A DNA stretch of 64,000 nt from Bacteroidales bacterium (GCA_038252165.1 JBBSAP010000006.1:4675-68674); one strand, 5' to 3'. Numbered from the stretch's first letter, positions 30,124-43,061 are shown. Notes: generated by a model not told the origin, from the letters alone. Numbers and translations: made by a program.

Positions 30124-31148
30124 ACACTCTGGAACTTATAAATACAGCCCAGGCATTGGTCGCAGGAGATAAGGGACTGCTTGCTATGGATGAAAGTAAT
30201 CCAACCTGTAACAAGCGATTTGCCAAGTTGGGTATTCCTCAGAATGAGGAGACCCGGCGGGCATACAGGGAGTTGATTATAACTACTTCCGGTCTTGGTG
30301 AGTGTATTAGTGGTGGTATCCTTTACGATGAGACGATCCGTCAGCAATTGAAAGATGGCACCCCCTTTATTAAAGCTGTAATTGATGCGGGAATAATTCC
30401 CGGAATCAAGGTCGATACCGGTGCAAAGGATATGGCTATTCACCCGGGAGAGAAAATTACAGAAGGGCTTGACGGATTACGCGATCGTCTGGCTGAATAT
30501 GCTCAAATGGGCGCTCGCTTTGCAAAGTGGCGCGCAGTAATTGCTATTGGTAATAAAATCCCAAGTCCGGGTTGCATAGAGGCCAACACACATGCATTGG
30601 CACGCTTTGCAGCATTATGCCAGGAAGCAGGACTTGTACCCATAGTGGAACCAGAGGTACTAATGGATGGTAATCATACCATGAAGCGATGCTTTGAGGT
30701 GACGGAGGAAGTCCAGAGAAATGTTTTTTATCACCTCTATAATCAAAGGGTGATGCTTGAAGGTATAATTTTGAAACCTAACATGGTATTACCAGGATTG
30801 ACCTGCGATAAGCAGGAATCTGTCGAAGAGGTGGCCGATGCCACAGTGAGGTGCCTGTTGAGAACCGTCCCGGCTGCTGTTCCCGGAATAGCATTTCTAT
30901 CCGGTGGCCAATCGGGAGAACTTGCCTCAGCACGTCTAAATGCCATGAATGGCAGATTCAAGAATCAGATACCGTGGGCATTGGCATTTTCGTTTGCACG
31001 TGCTATCCAGCAACCAGCATTGGAATTATGGCATGGTCAGGAGGCGAACGTATTAAAAGCACAACAGGCGCTGCTTCATCGTGCAAAATGCAACAAGGAT
31101 GCACGCCGTGGTGAGTACATTGATGAGCGGTCATTCAAAAAGTCTTAA
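30120..31148 (+). CDS. fba: Class I fructose-bisphosphate aldolase (eukaryote-like type)
   Basis: [32 protein letters not shown] Schiff-base Lys, FLSGG; ATGA overlap with xfp. Confidence 0.94.
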   Translation: MNTLELINTAQALVAGDKGLLAMDESNPTCNKRFAKLGIPQNEETRRAYRELIITTSGLGECISGGILYDETIRQQLKDGTPFIKAVIDAGIIPGIKVDTGAKDMAIHPGEKITEGLDGLRDRLAEYAQMGARFAKWRAVIAIGNKIPSPGCIEANTHALARFAALCQEAGLVPIVEPEVLMDGNHTMKRCFEVTEEVQRNVFYHLYNQRVMLEGIILKPNMVLPGLTCDKQESVEEVADATVRCLLRTVPAAVPGIAFLSGGQSGELASARLNAMNGRFKNQIPWALAFSFARAIQQPALELWHGQEANVLKAQQALLHRAKCNKDARRGEYIDERSFKKS

Positions 31149-31188
31149 TCATCATTAATACAGTAATACATTCTTAAAAAGAAAAGTT

Positions 31189-31368
31189 ATGAAAACGTAT
31201 TGGGTCATCATCATAGTAATTGTTTTGGTTGCCATTGCATTAATAATCTTTCTTCTCAAAAAAAATCAAGAGGACAGAAAGACATTATTCAAAAAATTGC
31301 CTGGAGATTATCCGGATCCAACAATTGTTAAATCTGAATTTGATAATGAAGAAAATAAAATGAAGTGA
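31189..31368 (+). CDS. Small single-TM protein (59 aa, not in the ORF track)
   Basis: MKTYWVIIIVIVLVAIALIIFLLKKNQEDRK...; fills the gap in the operon. Confidence 0.7.
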   Translation: MKTYWVIIIVIVLVAIALIIFLLKKNQEDRKTLFKKLPGDYPDPTIVKSEFDNEENKMK

Positions 31369-31380
31369 AACTTAAACTAA

Positions 31381-31755
31381 ATGAAAACTGTTATGAATGT
31401 AAAACTAAATGAAAAAAATGACGGCAAATTGCTGGAAGTTCAACTTAGCGGCAAACTTGTCAAAGAGGACTATGCACTTTTTGTTCCCACAGTGGAGAGA
31501 CTGGTAAAAGAGCATGGCAAAATCCGTATGTTGGTGGAAATGCATGATTTTCATGGCTGGAGTGCAGGCGCACTATGGGAAGATATAAAATTCGATGCAA
31601 AACACTTCAACGACATTGAACGTATAGCTATTGTCGGTGAAACTAAGTGGGAGCATGATATGGCCGTATTCTGCAAACCCTTCACTACCGCCAAAATCAG
31701 CTACTTCGATCATATGGCTGCTGATAAAGCCCGAACCTGGCTCGAAGAAGCGTAA
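31381..31755 (+). CDS. STAS/SEC14 (SpoIIAA-like) domain protein
   Basis: SGKLVKEDY, HGKIRML, FHGW, ALWED, RIAIVG. Confidence 0.88.
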   Translation: MKTVMNVKLNEKNDGKLLEVQLSGKLVKEDYALFVPTVERLVKEHGKIRMLVEMHDFHGWSAGALWEDIKFDAKHFNDIERIAIVGETKWEHDMAVFCKPFTTAKISYFDHMAADKARTWLEEA

Positions 31756-31802
31756 TGGGTGTAGAAAGCAGGACAAAATTATGATTATATAAAAAGCAAA
31801 TT

Positions 31803-32672
31803 ATGAAAACAATTATCGTTCCAATGGATTTTTCAGATGAGTCGTATATTGGACTTGACTTGTCTGTGATGCTGGCTTCTAAAACCGGAGCAAATATTCA
31901 GATGGTTCATGTGATAAGTAAAAATACCGGTAACTATTATGACCAGCTGGAAAAGGAAAATCAACTTGAAAAAACAAAATTTGAAGAAATAGTTCAAAAG
32001 TACAAAGAGAAGTACAATTTGAACTTTACTCTTGGTTACACGATTAAAGAAGGTAAGATATTTAAGGAAATAGCAGATCTGGCTGATAAGTATGAAGACG
32101 CACTCACTGTTCTTTCAACTCATGGGGCGTCAGGTTTTGAAGAATTGTTTATTGGAGGTAATGCTTACAAAATAACCTCTCATTCAAGGAATCCGGTGAT
32201 CACTGTCAGAAGAAGCAAAACACCTTCAAATATTGATACAATTGTATTACCGCTCGATATTACTTTTCAGACCCGTGAAAAGGTCCCCTATACCGTAGCG
32301 TTGGCAAAAGTATTCGGATCAAAAATTCACCTGCTTACTATCCGACTATCAAATTTAAAGAGTATTGAGAAAAAGCTTAATCAGTATTCTGACCAGGTAG
32401 CTTCTTACCTTGAAAGAAATAAGGTTCCGTATAAAGTTGAACATCTTCAAGGCAGCAACCTGACTGATTTAACTCTCGATTATTCACGCTCGGTTAATGC
32501 CGACCTGATCTCAATAATGACTGAGCAGGAGAAGAGCGCATCCAATTTACTGTTAGGTAACTATGCCCACCAAATGATAAACAAAGCTTTTATTCCTGTT
32601 TTATCATTTCCAAATTATCATTTGCGTATCACAGCTGAAGATATATGGAGTTTGGGGGCATTTAATCCTTGA
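31803..32672 (+). CDS. Tandem-domain universal stress protein
   Basis: IIVPMDFS, THGASGFEELFIGGNA, second USP domain. Confidence 0.9.
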   Translation: MKTIIVPMDFSDESYIGLDLSVMLASKTGANIQMVHVISKNTGNYYDQLEKENQLEKTKFEEIVQKYKEKYNLNFTLGYTIKEGKIFKEIADLADKYEDALTVLSTHGASGFEELFIGGNAYKITSHSRNPVITVRRSKTPSNIDTIVLPLDITFQTREKVPYTVALAKVFGSKIHLLTIRLSNLKSIEKKLNQYSDQVASYLERNKVPYKVEHLQGSNLTDLTLDYSRSVNADLISIMTEQEKSASNLLLGNYAHQMINKAFIPVLSFPNYHLRITAEDIWSLGAFNP

Positions 32673-32843
32673 AATCAATTTTGGATTGGATAGAGTAAAT
32701 GATAGTTCAATCTTAAAAACAGTGTATCGGTCAGGTGAGGTAATACTGAATATCTGATATCAAGTATATAAAATGTACAAATGGGTTAAATATGGTTATC
32801 TCATTCTAATATAAAACATATAATAAACATAAAAATAAATAAG

Positions 32844-33314
32844 ATGAAAAAAATATTGATTGCTCTGGATTATAATCCAACTGCACAAAAAGTGGCAGAG
32901 GAAGGTTTTTCCCTGGCAAAATCCATGAATGCTGAAGTGACCTTGTTGCATGTAATAACAGATCCGGTCTTTTATGCCACATCGGGATATTCTCCGATAA
33001 TGGGCTTTAATGGTTATGTGGACATGAGTCCGACGCTACTGGATAGTGTTGATGGACTAAAGAATGCATCTCTTCAATATCTTGACAAATCAAGACAGCA
33101 CCTGGGTGACAAAACTATTCAAACCATTGTTAAAGAAGGTGACTTTGCCGAAACTATTCTGGATACTGCAAAAGAGGTGCATGCCGATATTATTGTTATT
33201 GGATCTCATAGTCAGAAATGGCTGGAAAATATAATTATGGGAAGTGTAACTGAAAAAGTTATGAAACACACTAACATACCGCTATTTATTGTACCTACAA
33301 AACAAAGTAAATGA
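32844..33314 (+). CDS. Universal stress protein
   Basis: KILIALD, ADIIVIGSH, MGSVTEKV. Confidence 0.92.
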   Translation: MKKILIALDYNPTAQKVAEEGFSLAKSMNAEVTLLHVITDPVFYATSGYSPIMGFNGYVDMSPTLLDSVDGLKNASLQYLDKSRQHLGDKTIQTIVKEGDFAETILDTAKEVHADIIVIGSHSQKWLENIIMGSVTEKVMKHTNIPLFIVPTKQSK

Positions 33315-33784
33315 AAAAAGTATTGATCGCACTGGATTTTGATCCTTCTGCACAAAAAGTGGCAGAGTCAGGATTTTCGATTGCTAAAGCTATGAACGCT
33401 GAAGTTAATTTGCTGCATATAATATCAGATCCGGCGTATTACTCTTCAGCAGAACATATTACGATAATGGGATTTGCAGGTAGCAAGAACACTCTTCCGC
33501 TTAAATCAGATAATATTGATGAACTAAAAAAAATAGCTCAAGAATTTCTTGATAAAACAAAAGAGCATCTGGGTGATAAAACCATTAAAACCCTGTTAAA
33601 GGAAGGTGAATTTTCAGAATCTATACTGACATCTGCGCAAGATTTACATGCAGATCTTATTGTTATGGGTTCTCATAGCCGGAAAGTGTCGTCAAGGAGA
33701 GTCATGGGAAGTGTAACCAGGAAAGTTTTACTACGCTCTTCTATCCCTCTTTTAATTATTCCGACTAAAAAAGCAATTAACTAA
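33311..33784 (+). CDS. Universal stress protein (tandem paralog)
   Basis: KVLIALD, ADLIVMGSH, MGSVTRKV; strongly similar to the preceding gene. Confidence 0.92.
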   Translation: MKKVLIALDFDPSAQKVAESGFSIAKAMNAEVNLLHIISDPAYYSSAEHITIMGFAGSKNTLPLKSDNIDELKKIAQEFLDKTKEHLGDKTIKTLLKEGEFSESILTSAQDLHADLIVMGSHSRKVSSRRVMGSVTRKVLLRSSIPLLIIPTKKAIN

Positions 33785-33790
33785 GGCTAA

Positions 33791-35380
<1,590 letters not shown>

Positions 35381-35391
35381 AAAACATAGCA

Positions 35392-35781
35392 ATGGACTTA
35401 AAAGTACTTCTTCCTTACCGGATTTTCGCTGAAATTAATAATGTTAGCAGCATAGTTGCAGAAACCAGCGAAGGTTCCTTTGGCCTGTTACCACAAAGAC
35501 TCGATTGTGTAGCAGCGTTGGTTCCCTGCATTTTTACTTATGAAACGGAATCAGGAAAGGTTCATTACTTAGCTGTTGATGAAGGCATATTGGTAAAAGC
35601 AGGGTCACAGGTATTGGTCTCGGTTCGTAATGCTTTTGGAGGGACAGACCTGGGAAAGCTTCATGAATCTGTTGAAAAGGAGTTTCTGAAGCTGGATGAA
35701 AGTGAAAGAGACGTCCGCTCCACGATGGCAAAGATTGAAAGCGGATTCCTTTATAATCTTGAAAAATTTCGAAAAGAATAA
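35392..35781 (+). CDS. atpC: N-ATPase epsilon subunit
   Basis: GSFGLLPQRLDCVAAL, YLAVDEGILVK. Confidence 0.9.
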   Translation: MDLKVLLPYRIFAEINNVSSIVAETSEGSFGLLPQRLDCVAALVPCIFTYETESGKVHYLAVDEGILVKAGSQVLVSVRNAFGGTDLGKLHESVEKEFLKLDESERDVRSTMAKIESGFLYNLEKFRKE

Positions 35782-35782
35782 T

Positions 35783-36106
35783 ATGGAATCTGCTAATAGA
35801 AATAATCAGAACCTGTTTAGTAAACAGGTAGAAAAAAAGGCTCAACGTAAACTAAAAGCACAGCATAACGATAATAAAAGTGTTTGGTTTGGATTAGGAA
35901 TGATGGGGATAGTTGGTTGGACGATTGCAATTCCTACATTGGGTGGAGCAGCATTGGGTATCTGGTTAGACAAAAATCACTCCACAACATTTTCATGGAC
36001 ACTTACCTTATTGATATCAGGCTTATTGGTTGGTTGTCTTACTGCGTGGCACTGGATTTCAAAAGAACATAAAGAGATGAACCAAAAAGACGAAAAAGAT
36101 GAATGA
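35783..36106 (+). CDS. atpQ: N-ATPase AtpQ (AtpZ/AtpI-like)
   Basis: WFGLGMMGIVGW, GIWLD, two TM helices, position after atpC. Confidence 0.85.
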   Translation: MESANRNNQNLFSKQVEKKAQRKLKAQHNDNKSVWFGLGMMGIVGWTIAIPTLGGAALGIWLDKNHSTTFSWTLTLLISGLLVGCLTAWHWISKEHKEMNQKDEKDE

Positions 36107-36407
36107 AACTTTATTTATGATATTGGCTTTTATAGCAGGATTGGCATTAGGAATACTATTTTTTGGAGGGCTTTGGTTTACAGTGAAAAAATCGATTAAC
36201 GCGAAAATGCCGGCAATTTGGTTTCTCAGTAGTTTCTTTTTGCGTGTAAGTATTATACTGACCGGGTTTTACTTTATCTCTCGCGGAAGTTGGCAGAGGC
36301 TTCTTATCTGTGTGTTTGGCTTTGTTGTAGCCCGTTTCATTCTTATATATCTTACAAGATCAATATCAGGAAAAACAATAAAAAAAGAGGTTTATCATGA
36401 ATCTTAG
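36099..36407 (+). CDS. atpR: N-ATPase AtpR subunit
   Basis: FFGGLWFTV, SFFLR, GFVVAR; N-ATPase-specific position. Confidence 0.85.
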   Translation: MNETLFMILAFIAGLALGILFFGGLWFTVKKSINAKMPAIWFLSSFFLRVSIILTGFYFISRGSWQRLLICVFGFVVARFILIYLTRSISGKTIKKEVYHES

Positions 36408-37098
36408 TCCCGATCAAACCATTTTTTGGCAACATGGCTTTTTTACCATTAACCTGACCATTGTTACCACATGGGCATTAATGCTAATACTGGTGTTGGT
36501 TTCTGTATTGATTACACGAAAACTCAAGTCAGATAATCGTATTTCGCGTTGGCAATGCATTCTTGAGATGTTGGTAACAGGCATAAACAATCAGATTAAA
36601 GAAATCGGTTTGAAAAAGCCCGAAGATTATATTGGTTTTATCGGCACCTTATTTCTTTTTATAGTTACATCTAATATCTGCATAATATTCCCCTGGTACG
36701 AACCGCCAACAGGTTCGCTTTCCACTACCGTAGCCCTTGCTTTTTGTGTTTTCATGGCTGTGCCTTTTTTTGGAATTGTAAAGTCCGGTATTGAGGGTTA
36801 TCTGAAATCATATATAAAACCGACATTTATTATGTTACCATTTAACCTGATAAGTGAAATTACCCGCACACTGGCATTAGCCGTGCGTTTGTTCGGAAAC
36901 ATCATGAGTGGAGGAATGATTGTCGCTATTCTCTTAAGTATAACACCCTTTATATTCCCGATTGTAATGAAAGCACTTGGTTTACTTACAGGTATGGTGC
37001 AAGCCTATATCTTCAGTATTCTGGCAACAGTCTATATTGCAGCGGCAGTTCATGATTCCAAACCATTGGATAAGAAAAAAATTATAACAACTAAATAA
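36397..37098 (+). CDS. atpB: N-ATPase a subunit
   Basis: PPTGSLST, RTLALAVRLFGNIMSG, QAYIF. Confidence 0.93.
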   Translation: MNLSPDQTIFWQHGFFTINLTIVTTWALMLILVLVSVLITRKLKSDNRISRWQCILEMLVTGINNQIKEIGLKKPEDYIGFIGTLFLFIVTSNICIIFPWYEPPTGSLSTTVALAFCVFMAVPFFGIVKSGIEGYLKSYIKPTFIMLPFNLISEITRTLALAVRLFGNIMSGGMIVAILLSITPFIFPIVMKALGLLTGMVQAYIFSILATVYIAAAVHDSKPLDKKKIITTK

Positions 37099-37112
37099 TA
37101 GGAGGACTAAAA

Positions 37113-37382
37113 ATGGATAATGTATCAATTATTGGAGTAGTATCAATTATTACTGCCGGATTTTCAACAAGCATAGGGTGTATGTTTCCGGCAATGGGCG
37201 AAGGTAAGTCTGTTTCGGCTGCTTTAAGCTCAATTGCACAACAGCCTGATGCAGCACCAACTATTACCAGAACACTGTTCGTGGGTCTGGCAATGATTGA
37301 GTCAACAGCTATTTATTGTTTCGTGGTTTCGATGATTCTCATTTTCGCTAACCCATTCTGGAATCACATTATAGCAAAGTAA
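37113..37382 (+). CDS. atpE: N-ATPase c subunit with Na+-binding motif
   Basis: PAMGE in helix 1, QQPDA loop, ESTAIY in helix 2. Confidence 0.93.
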   Translation: MDNVSIIGVVSIITAGFSTSIGCMFPAMGEGKSVSAALSSIAQQPDAAPTITRTLFVGLAMIESTAIYCFVVSMILIFANPFWNHIIAK

Positions 37383-37392
37383 TACATACAAA

Positions 37393-38253
37393 ATGCAAAT
37401 AAACTGGTTCACAGTAATAGCCCAGATACTTAATTTTCTCATTTTGGTATGGTTACTTAAGCGATTTCTTTATAAGCCAATACTCAAAGCTATTGACGAA
37501 CGTGAAGAAAAAATTGCATCACAAATTAAGGATGCAGCAGCGAAAGAAACTATAGCTAAAAAAGAACAGGCTGAATTCAGCAAGAAAAATGAAACGTTCG
37601 ATAAGGCAAAGAAGGGGCTGATGGACAAGGTTGTCGCCGAAACCAACGAGGAACGACAAAAGCTTCTTGAAGCTGCAAGAAATGAAGCGGCTGAGTTACG
37701 TTCCAAACTGGACAACGCGTTGAAAGAGATGCAGGAAAGCTTAAATCGCGACATTTCGAAAAAGACGCAACAGGAAGTTTTTGCCATAGCAAGAAAAACA
37801 CTTACCGACCTTGCCTCCGTCAGTCTTGAAGAACAAACGACGAGCATCTTCATTAAGAGAATAAATGAACTTAAAAATGAAGAGAAGAAGCAATTTATGG
37901 CAACTTTTAAATCCGGTTCAAACCCGGTTCTTGTACAAAGTGCGTTTGATTTGCCTGAAAAACAGAAAGCTGAAATTAAAAGCGCGGTAAATAACATTCT
38001 CGGCTCAGAAACTAATTTTCAATTTAAAACCACACCCGAAGTAATAAGTGGTATCGAGCTTACCTCAAATGGTTATAAACTGGCATGGAGTATTTCAGAA
38101 TATCTCAATTCACTTCAAAAGAGTATTTCCACAACGGTGAAAGAAGAACCTAAAGCAGAACCGAAAGAAAAACTTAAACCAGCACCTGAAGTTGAATCGA
38201 AAACAAAAACAAAATCGAAACCAAAATTAAAGGCAAAACCAAATAAAAAATAA
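37393..38253 (+). CDS. atpF: N-ATPase long b subunit (delta-like C-terminal domain, K/P-rich tail)
   Basis: [31 protein letters not shown]...KLAWS. Confidence 0.92.
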   Translation: MQINWFTVIAQILNFLILVWLLKRFLYKPILKAIDEREEKIASQIKDAAAKETIAKKEQAEFSKKNETFDKAKKGLMDKVVAETNEERQKLLEAARNEAAELRSKLDNALKEMQESLNRDISKKTQQEVFAIARKTLTDLASVSLEEQTTSIFIKRINELKNEEKKQFMATFKSGSNPVLVQSAFDLPEKQKAEIKSAVNNILGSETNFQFKTTPEVISGIELTSNGYKLAWSISEYLNSLQKSISTTVKEEPKAEPKEKLKPAPEVESKTKTKSKPKLKAKPNKK

Positions 38254-38254
38254 C

Positions 38255-39805
38255 ATGCCCTTAAACCCATTAAAAAAAACGATAAATACCACATTCAATG
38301 AGTTGGAGAAAGGCAGGAAAAATTACACGTTTTCTTTTGAGCTCCGCGAAGTTGGTTTTGTTGTTAGCGTATCTGCAGGAATTGTTAAAATTGCTGGTCT
38401 TCCGGGCGCAGGCTTTGAAGAATTATTAAAGTTTCCGGGCGGTTTATTTGGTATAGCCTACAATATTGATGAAAATGAGATAGGTGCGATTCTTCTTGGT
38501 GAAGATTTTCTTCTGAATGCCGGTGATGAAGTTGAACATACAGGCCGTGTAATGGATATTCCTGTGGATAACGCCTTGATTGGAAGAGTTATTAACCCAT
38601 TGGGAGAACCCATGGACGGTAAAGGTACTATCGTATTTAAGCAGCGATTGCCCATTGAGCGTCCTGCACCAGCCATAATGGACCGCGCTACGGTTTCCGT
38701 CCCTTTGCAAACGGGGTTAAAAGTCATTGATGCTCTGATTCCAATCGGTCGGGGACAGCGTGAATTGATTCTGGGTGACAGGCAGACAGGCAAAACAGCC
38801 ATTGCAATTGATGCCATTCTCAATCAGCACGATAAAAATGTTCTTTGTGTTTATTGTGCCATCGGGCAGAGAGCATCTTCTGTGGCGAAAGTAATTGCGA
38901 ATCTTGAAGAAAAAGGTGCAATGGAATATACAATTGTGGTTACAACCGAAGGGAACAACGCACCCGGGTTAAAATATATAGCTCCTTATGCTGCAACAAG
39001 TATTGCAGAATATTTTATGGAACAAGGCCGTGATGTGCTCATTGTTTATGATGACCTTACACACCATGCACGTGCATACCGGGAACTTTCTCTTTTGCTG
39101 AGAAGACCACCGGGTCGTGAAGCGTTTCCCGGCGATATTTTTTATATACATTCAAGATTATTGGAACGTGCTACACACCTGAACGATAAACTCAAGGGAG
39201 GTTCACTTACAGCATTGCCAATTATCGAGACAGAAGCACAAAACATATCGGCATATATACCTACAAATCTTATATCCATTACCGACGGACAAATTTATCT
39301 TTCACCTAAACTATTTGAATTAGGTATATTACCCGCTGTTGATGTGGGTAAATCCGTTTCCCGTGTTGGCGGCAAAGCACAATTGCCAGCATATCGTTCC
39401 ACTACTGGCGACCTGAAGCTTTCCTACTCTCAATTTGAGGAATTAGAGTCCTTTTCACGTTTCGGTACGCGATTGGATGCTGATACAAGAAAAATCATTG
39501 AACGTGGAAAACGCATCCGTATTTGTTTCAAACAACATGAACTTCAACCAATGTCTGTCCCGGAACAAATAGTGATACTTCTTGCATTAACCAGCGGACT
39601 CTTTGATACGATCCCTATAGACAAAATGGCAGAGGCAGAGGTTGCCTTGCAGAAAATGAACTCTGAACTCCCGGCAGAACTTCTGAAAAGATTTTTTTCA
39701 GACAAAGAATTGAGCAATCCGGATCGTGAAACTATTTTGAATATTGCCGGCAAAATACTTGAGCCTTTTCAGGAAAAGCCTGAAACAGATCAAAAAGATG
39801 AGTAA
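38255..39805 (+). CDS. atpA: N-ATPase alpha subunit
   Basis: [40 protein letters not shown]. Confidence 0.96.
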   Translation: MPLNPLKKTINTTFNELEKGRKNYTFSFELREVGFVVSVSAGIVKIAGLPGAGFEELLKFPGGLFGIAYNIDENEIGAILLGEDFLLNAGDEVEHTGRVMDIPVDNALIGRVINPLGEPMDGKGTIVFKQRLPIERPAPAIMDRATVSVPLQTGLKVIDALIPIGRGQRELILGDRQTGKTAIAIDAILNQHDKNVLCVYCAIGQRASSVAKVIANLEEKGAMEYTIVVTTEGNNAPGLKYIAPYAATSIAEYFMEQGRDVLIVYDDLTHHARAYRELSLLLRRPPGREAFPGDIFYIHSRLLERATHLNDKLKGGSLTALPIIETEAQNISAYIPTNLISITDGQIYLSPKLFELGILPAVDVGKSVSRVGGKAQLPAYRSTTGDLKLSYSQFEELESFSRFGTRLDADTRKIIERGKRIRICFKQHELQPMSVPEQIVILLALTSGLFDTIPIDKMAEAEVALQKMNSELPAELLKRFFSDKELSNPDRETILNIAGKILEPFQEKPETDQKDE

Positions 39806-40698
39806 TGGAAACACAGGAAAACCTACATAGAAAACTGAATGGTGCAAAAGAACTTAAATCTGTAGTCCGATCTATGAAAGCTATGGCGGCTTCAAATATC
39901 GGTCAATATGAGATGGCCGTCAGTTCACTTAAAGATTACTACCGGGCTGTTTCGTTGGGTATAATTGCCTATTTCAGGCAGGAGGGAATTGACAATATGG
40001 TCGAACAGAAAGAATCCAAAGAAAAAAAAGAAAAATTAATCTGTGCTGTTGTTTTTGGTTCGGACCAGGGTCTTGTGGGTCAATTTAACGATTCACTTAC
40101 CGATTTTGTATCTCAGAGGCTCCATGCCTTGCCAGGTAAAAAAGAAATATGGGCAGTTGGGGAACGTGTTCAATTGCTACTTTCAGATATTGGTTATAAT
40201 ACTACACAACTTTTCCCCGTTCCCAATTCTGTTAATGCAATTACTCCGCTTGTACAGCAAATTTTAATGAAAAGCGAAGAAAGCTTCGACCAGGGGAATG
40301 TAAAAAGTGTTTATATTTTTCATAATCAACCAAAGCAGGGGGCGGGATATGAACCTGCAATTCATCAATTGCTGCCATTGGATGAAAAATGGAGGCAATC
40401 ACTTACTGAGCTTGAATGGCCTACAAAGTTGATACCGCAGGTTATAGGAGGGATTAAGCCGACCTTATTGGCGCTTATCCATACCTATCTTTTTGCTTCG
40501 TTGTTCAAGGCATGCGCTGAATCGTTGGCCAGCGAAAACGCAAGCCGTTTGGCTGCGATGCAACGTGCTGAAAAAAATATTGATGAATTACTGGATGATC
40601 TTAGCCATAAGTTTCATAGTCTGCGTCAAAGTACAATTGATGAAGAACTGTTTGATGTAATATCAGGTTATGAAATGTTATCGAAAAGCCATTCCTGA
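39805..40698 (+). CDS. atpG: N-ATPase gamma subunit
   Basis: SVVRSMKAMA, GSDQGLVGQFN, SENASRLAAM, RQSTIDEEL. Confidence 0.94.
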   Translation: METQENLHRKLNGAKELKSVVRSMKAMAASNIGQYEMAVSSLKDYYRAVSLGIIAYFRQEGIDNMVEQKESKEKKEKLICAVVFGSDQGLVGQFNDSLTDFVSQRLHALPGKKEIWAVGERVQLLLSDIGYNTTQLFPVPNSVNAITPLVQQILMKSEESFDQGNVKSVYIFHNQPKQGAGYEPAIHQLLPLDEKWRQSLTELEWPTKLIPQVIGGIKPTLLALIHTYLFASLFKACAESLASENASRLAAMQRAEKNIDELLDDLSHKFHSLRQSTIDEELFDVISGYEMLSKSHS

Positions 40699-40963
40699 CT
40701 AATTATATGTTTTTAACGGAAGGATATTATAATTTTTTAGTGCACTCCTTCATACTATATCAGGACGAGTTACCGTTAAATTTAAACCACATTGCAGGGT
40801 TACCACCCTGTAAATGTTAAAAATCGCCTAAAATCGCCTTTTTTCAATTATTTTCCCACTCCCAAAAATGTAATTACCAGATATTCAACACTATTATTTT
40901 TCCACTCGCTAAAAAGTGCCTTTTTGTGGCACCGGGGACATTTGGAAATCAAGGTTTTAGTGG

Positions 40964-42391
40964 TTAGTTATTAATTATTATTATCGGACGATATACTTTA
41001 ATTTCTTTTATCTGAGCACCTTTTTTATTTCTTGTTTTTACCTGAAGTGTGTGCTTGCCATTTGTTATTCCCTGTATAATATTTGTTGTATACTCCAGAG
41101 AAGGATCCTGCACTTTTGGAGCTACATATTTATCGGTGAATAGTGGTATTACTTTCCATAAAATCAGGTCTCCCGATTTCATATGAAACGATTTTATGAC
41201 ATTCTGTGCCTGTTTTATATGCCAGTCATCTTTAGAGATTTTCACTCTTCCGGAATTGGAAACAAAATCTTTCGAACCTTGTCCTGTTCCGTCAAAACCG
41301 GTTTTGCTTCCTTCAACCTTAAAACGCCAATTTGAATAGTAATAACTATTTTTCGAAGTATTCAATGTGCTATCAATGCTTGTAATAGTAAGTTTCCAGT
41401 CTTCAATCTGCAAGGGAGTATTATTTGTAAAATGGTAGAATGATGGAGTGTTCCAAGGAAATCCCCGACCGGCATTTGGTCGCGTAAATGAATAACATTC
41501 AACGAAATGAGATGGTTTTTCGCCGTCAATAAGGATGTCAGCTGTATCATGCTTATCCGACAATTCTGATGATAAAAACTCTATCTTATTCCCTTCAAAT
41601 TCCATATTTAACTTCCCCCTTTTAAAGAAAACATCCTTTCCAATAACATAAGTTTTAACCAGTCCATAAGGATCGGGAACATTTGCAGGGTTGTATTTTA
41701 GATACGGAATTGTTGTGGCTGCAAAAAGATCCATTCCCTTCTGATTAAGATGTATTCCATCTCTTGTGTAATCGTTTGGTTTTGTTTTTGAAGTTTCCAT
41801 GTCATTTCGCCAGGCATCTCTCATCTTCACAAGTGAACATTTGTACTTTTCAGCAAATCCGGGAACATAAATTAAAGACATTTTATTTTCCCAGTTCTCA
41901 TAGGCCTTGTCGGTATCGTGTTTTGTTAAATCTGCCAGCGCCTGATTAGAAAAAATATGATCAGTTTGAATAAGTATTTCGCATGTTGTGCGGGTTCTTA
42001 TATCCCTTATAATTTTCTCATAATCTTTATCGGAACCAAGAACATGAAAAATTAGCAAATCGGGATATGCAGGAATAATATCGTACAGGTTTGATTTCCA
42101 AAGTAACTGAGAGGAGAATCCTCCAATGGCAAGGTTCTCTATTGTAACATCAGCATAAGGATATTTCTTAAGAATAAAATCCTTTACCTGAAGCCACCAT
42201 CCCTGTTCACTGATTGACTGTCCATAAACAATTATTTGTACTTTGTTTCTGTGTTCCGGGGTGCTTGTCGCCAGGAGATTTAAAGTGCGGCTTATTTTGT
42301 GGTTATCAATTGCATTATTTTGTATTGATGATTGAGAGAGACTAATTAGGGGATTAGCAATAGCCAGGAAAAATATAATTAGGTTTCGCAT
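40964..42391 (-). CDS. Secreted SGNH/GDSL-type hydrolase with C-terminal beta domain
   Basis: Signal peptide, YGQSI block I, AIGGFSS block II, DGIHLN catalytic DxxH. Confidence 0.75.
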   Translation of the reverse strand: MRNLIIFFLAIANPLISLSQSSIQNNAIDNHKISRTLNLLATSTPEHRNKVQIIVYGQSISEQGWWLQVKDFILKKYPYADVTIENLAIGGFSSQLLWKSNLYDIIPAYPDLLIFHVLGSDKDYEKIIRDIRTRTTCEILIQTDHIFSNQALADLTKHDTDKAYENWENKMSLIYVPGFAEKYKCSLVKMRDAWRNDMETSKTKPNDYTRDGIHLNQKGMDLFAATTIPYLKYNPANVPDPYGLVKTYVIGKDVFFKRGKLNMEFEGNKIEFLSSELSDKHDTADILIDGEKPSHFVECYSFTRPNAGRGFPWNTPSFYHFTNNTPLQIEDWKLTITSIDSTLNTSKNSYYYSNWRFKVEGSKTGFDGTGQGSKDFVSNSGRVKISKDDWHIKQAQNVIKSFHMKSGDLILWKVIPLFTDKYVAPKVQDPSLEYTTNIIQGITNGKHTLQVKTRNKKGAQIKEIKVYRPIIIINN

Positions 42392-42428
42392 AATGACATA
42401 TAATTAAATATTCTAGCAGTTTTTGAGT

Positions 42429-43061
42429 CTAAAATTCTGGTTCGTAATTCATATTTACAGGTTCCCAGGAAATTTGTTTTACTGTAATGTTTTTGATCTG
42501 GATATTGCTGGCATAAGCTTCAAACCCTACCATTGTGTGTTTTTGGTTATCAATAGGATCGGGATCCATTGTCTCTAGTAAGAGTTTTGAATCGGCAAAA
42601 ATAAAACAATGACCATCAATGCTGCCTGCCTCAATATGATAAACTTTCCCAGGCAAGAACCTGAAGAGCGATGTACCTGGCATAAATTTATAATCGGGCG
42701 ATTTTTCGATACCAACCTTCCCTGTCCACCAGCCCTGTAATCCCGCAACATAGGCAATTCCCCTTTGATCTTTATCCTCAAGCCATTCTCCGTTCCACAT
42801 TACATTTATATCATGAGTCGAAGGAAGAATCGTTGCAGCATCAAATCCAACCAATACGTTCCCGGGGAAATGTTTCTTCATTATTGCCATCCCGGGCCAG
42901 TTACCGGGATTTTTCCCTTTGAGCCAGCCATCCTCAACCTTCCATTCGCTATGATGTATGCTCCAGTCTTTTTGTAAAGATTCGGTACTTAACGGCTGGT
43001 CAAACAGAACAGGTGAGGCATCGAAAAAAATCTGTTTTTTCATTAAAGGAAGAGTTCTCAT
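42429..43061 (-). CDS. Hypothetical protein, probable ConA-like beta-sandwich
   Basis: Trp-rich beta pattern (WKVEDGWL, YHIEAG, VGFEAY...QIKNI) of laminin-G/3-keto-disaccharide-hydrolase-like folds. Confidence 0.55.
   Translation of the reverse strand: MRTLPLMKKQIFFDASPVLFDQPLSTESLQKDWSIHHSEWKVEDGWLKGKNPGNWPGMAIMKKHFPGNVLVGFDAATILPSTHDINVMWNGEWLEDKDQRGIAYVAGLQGWWTGKVGIEKSPDYKFMPGTSLFRFLPGKVYHIEAGSIDGHCFIFADSKLLLETMDPDPIDNQKHTMVGFEAYASNIQIKNITVKQISWEPVNMNYEPEF

Noticed and set aside
40698-40964. Right island boundary with AAAATCGCCT tandem duplication, small CAGGGT/ACCCTG hairpin and 60-aa ORF 40792-40974
   Set aside because: No att repeat matching the left boundary, no IS end or integrase recognisable, and the ORF has no plausible start or motif
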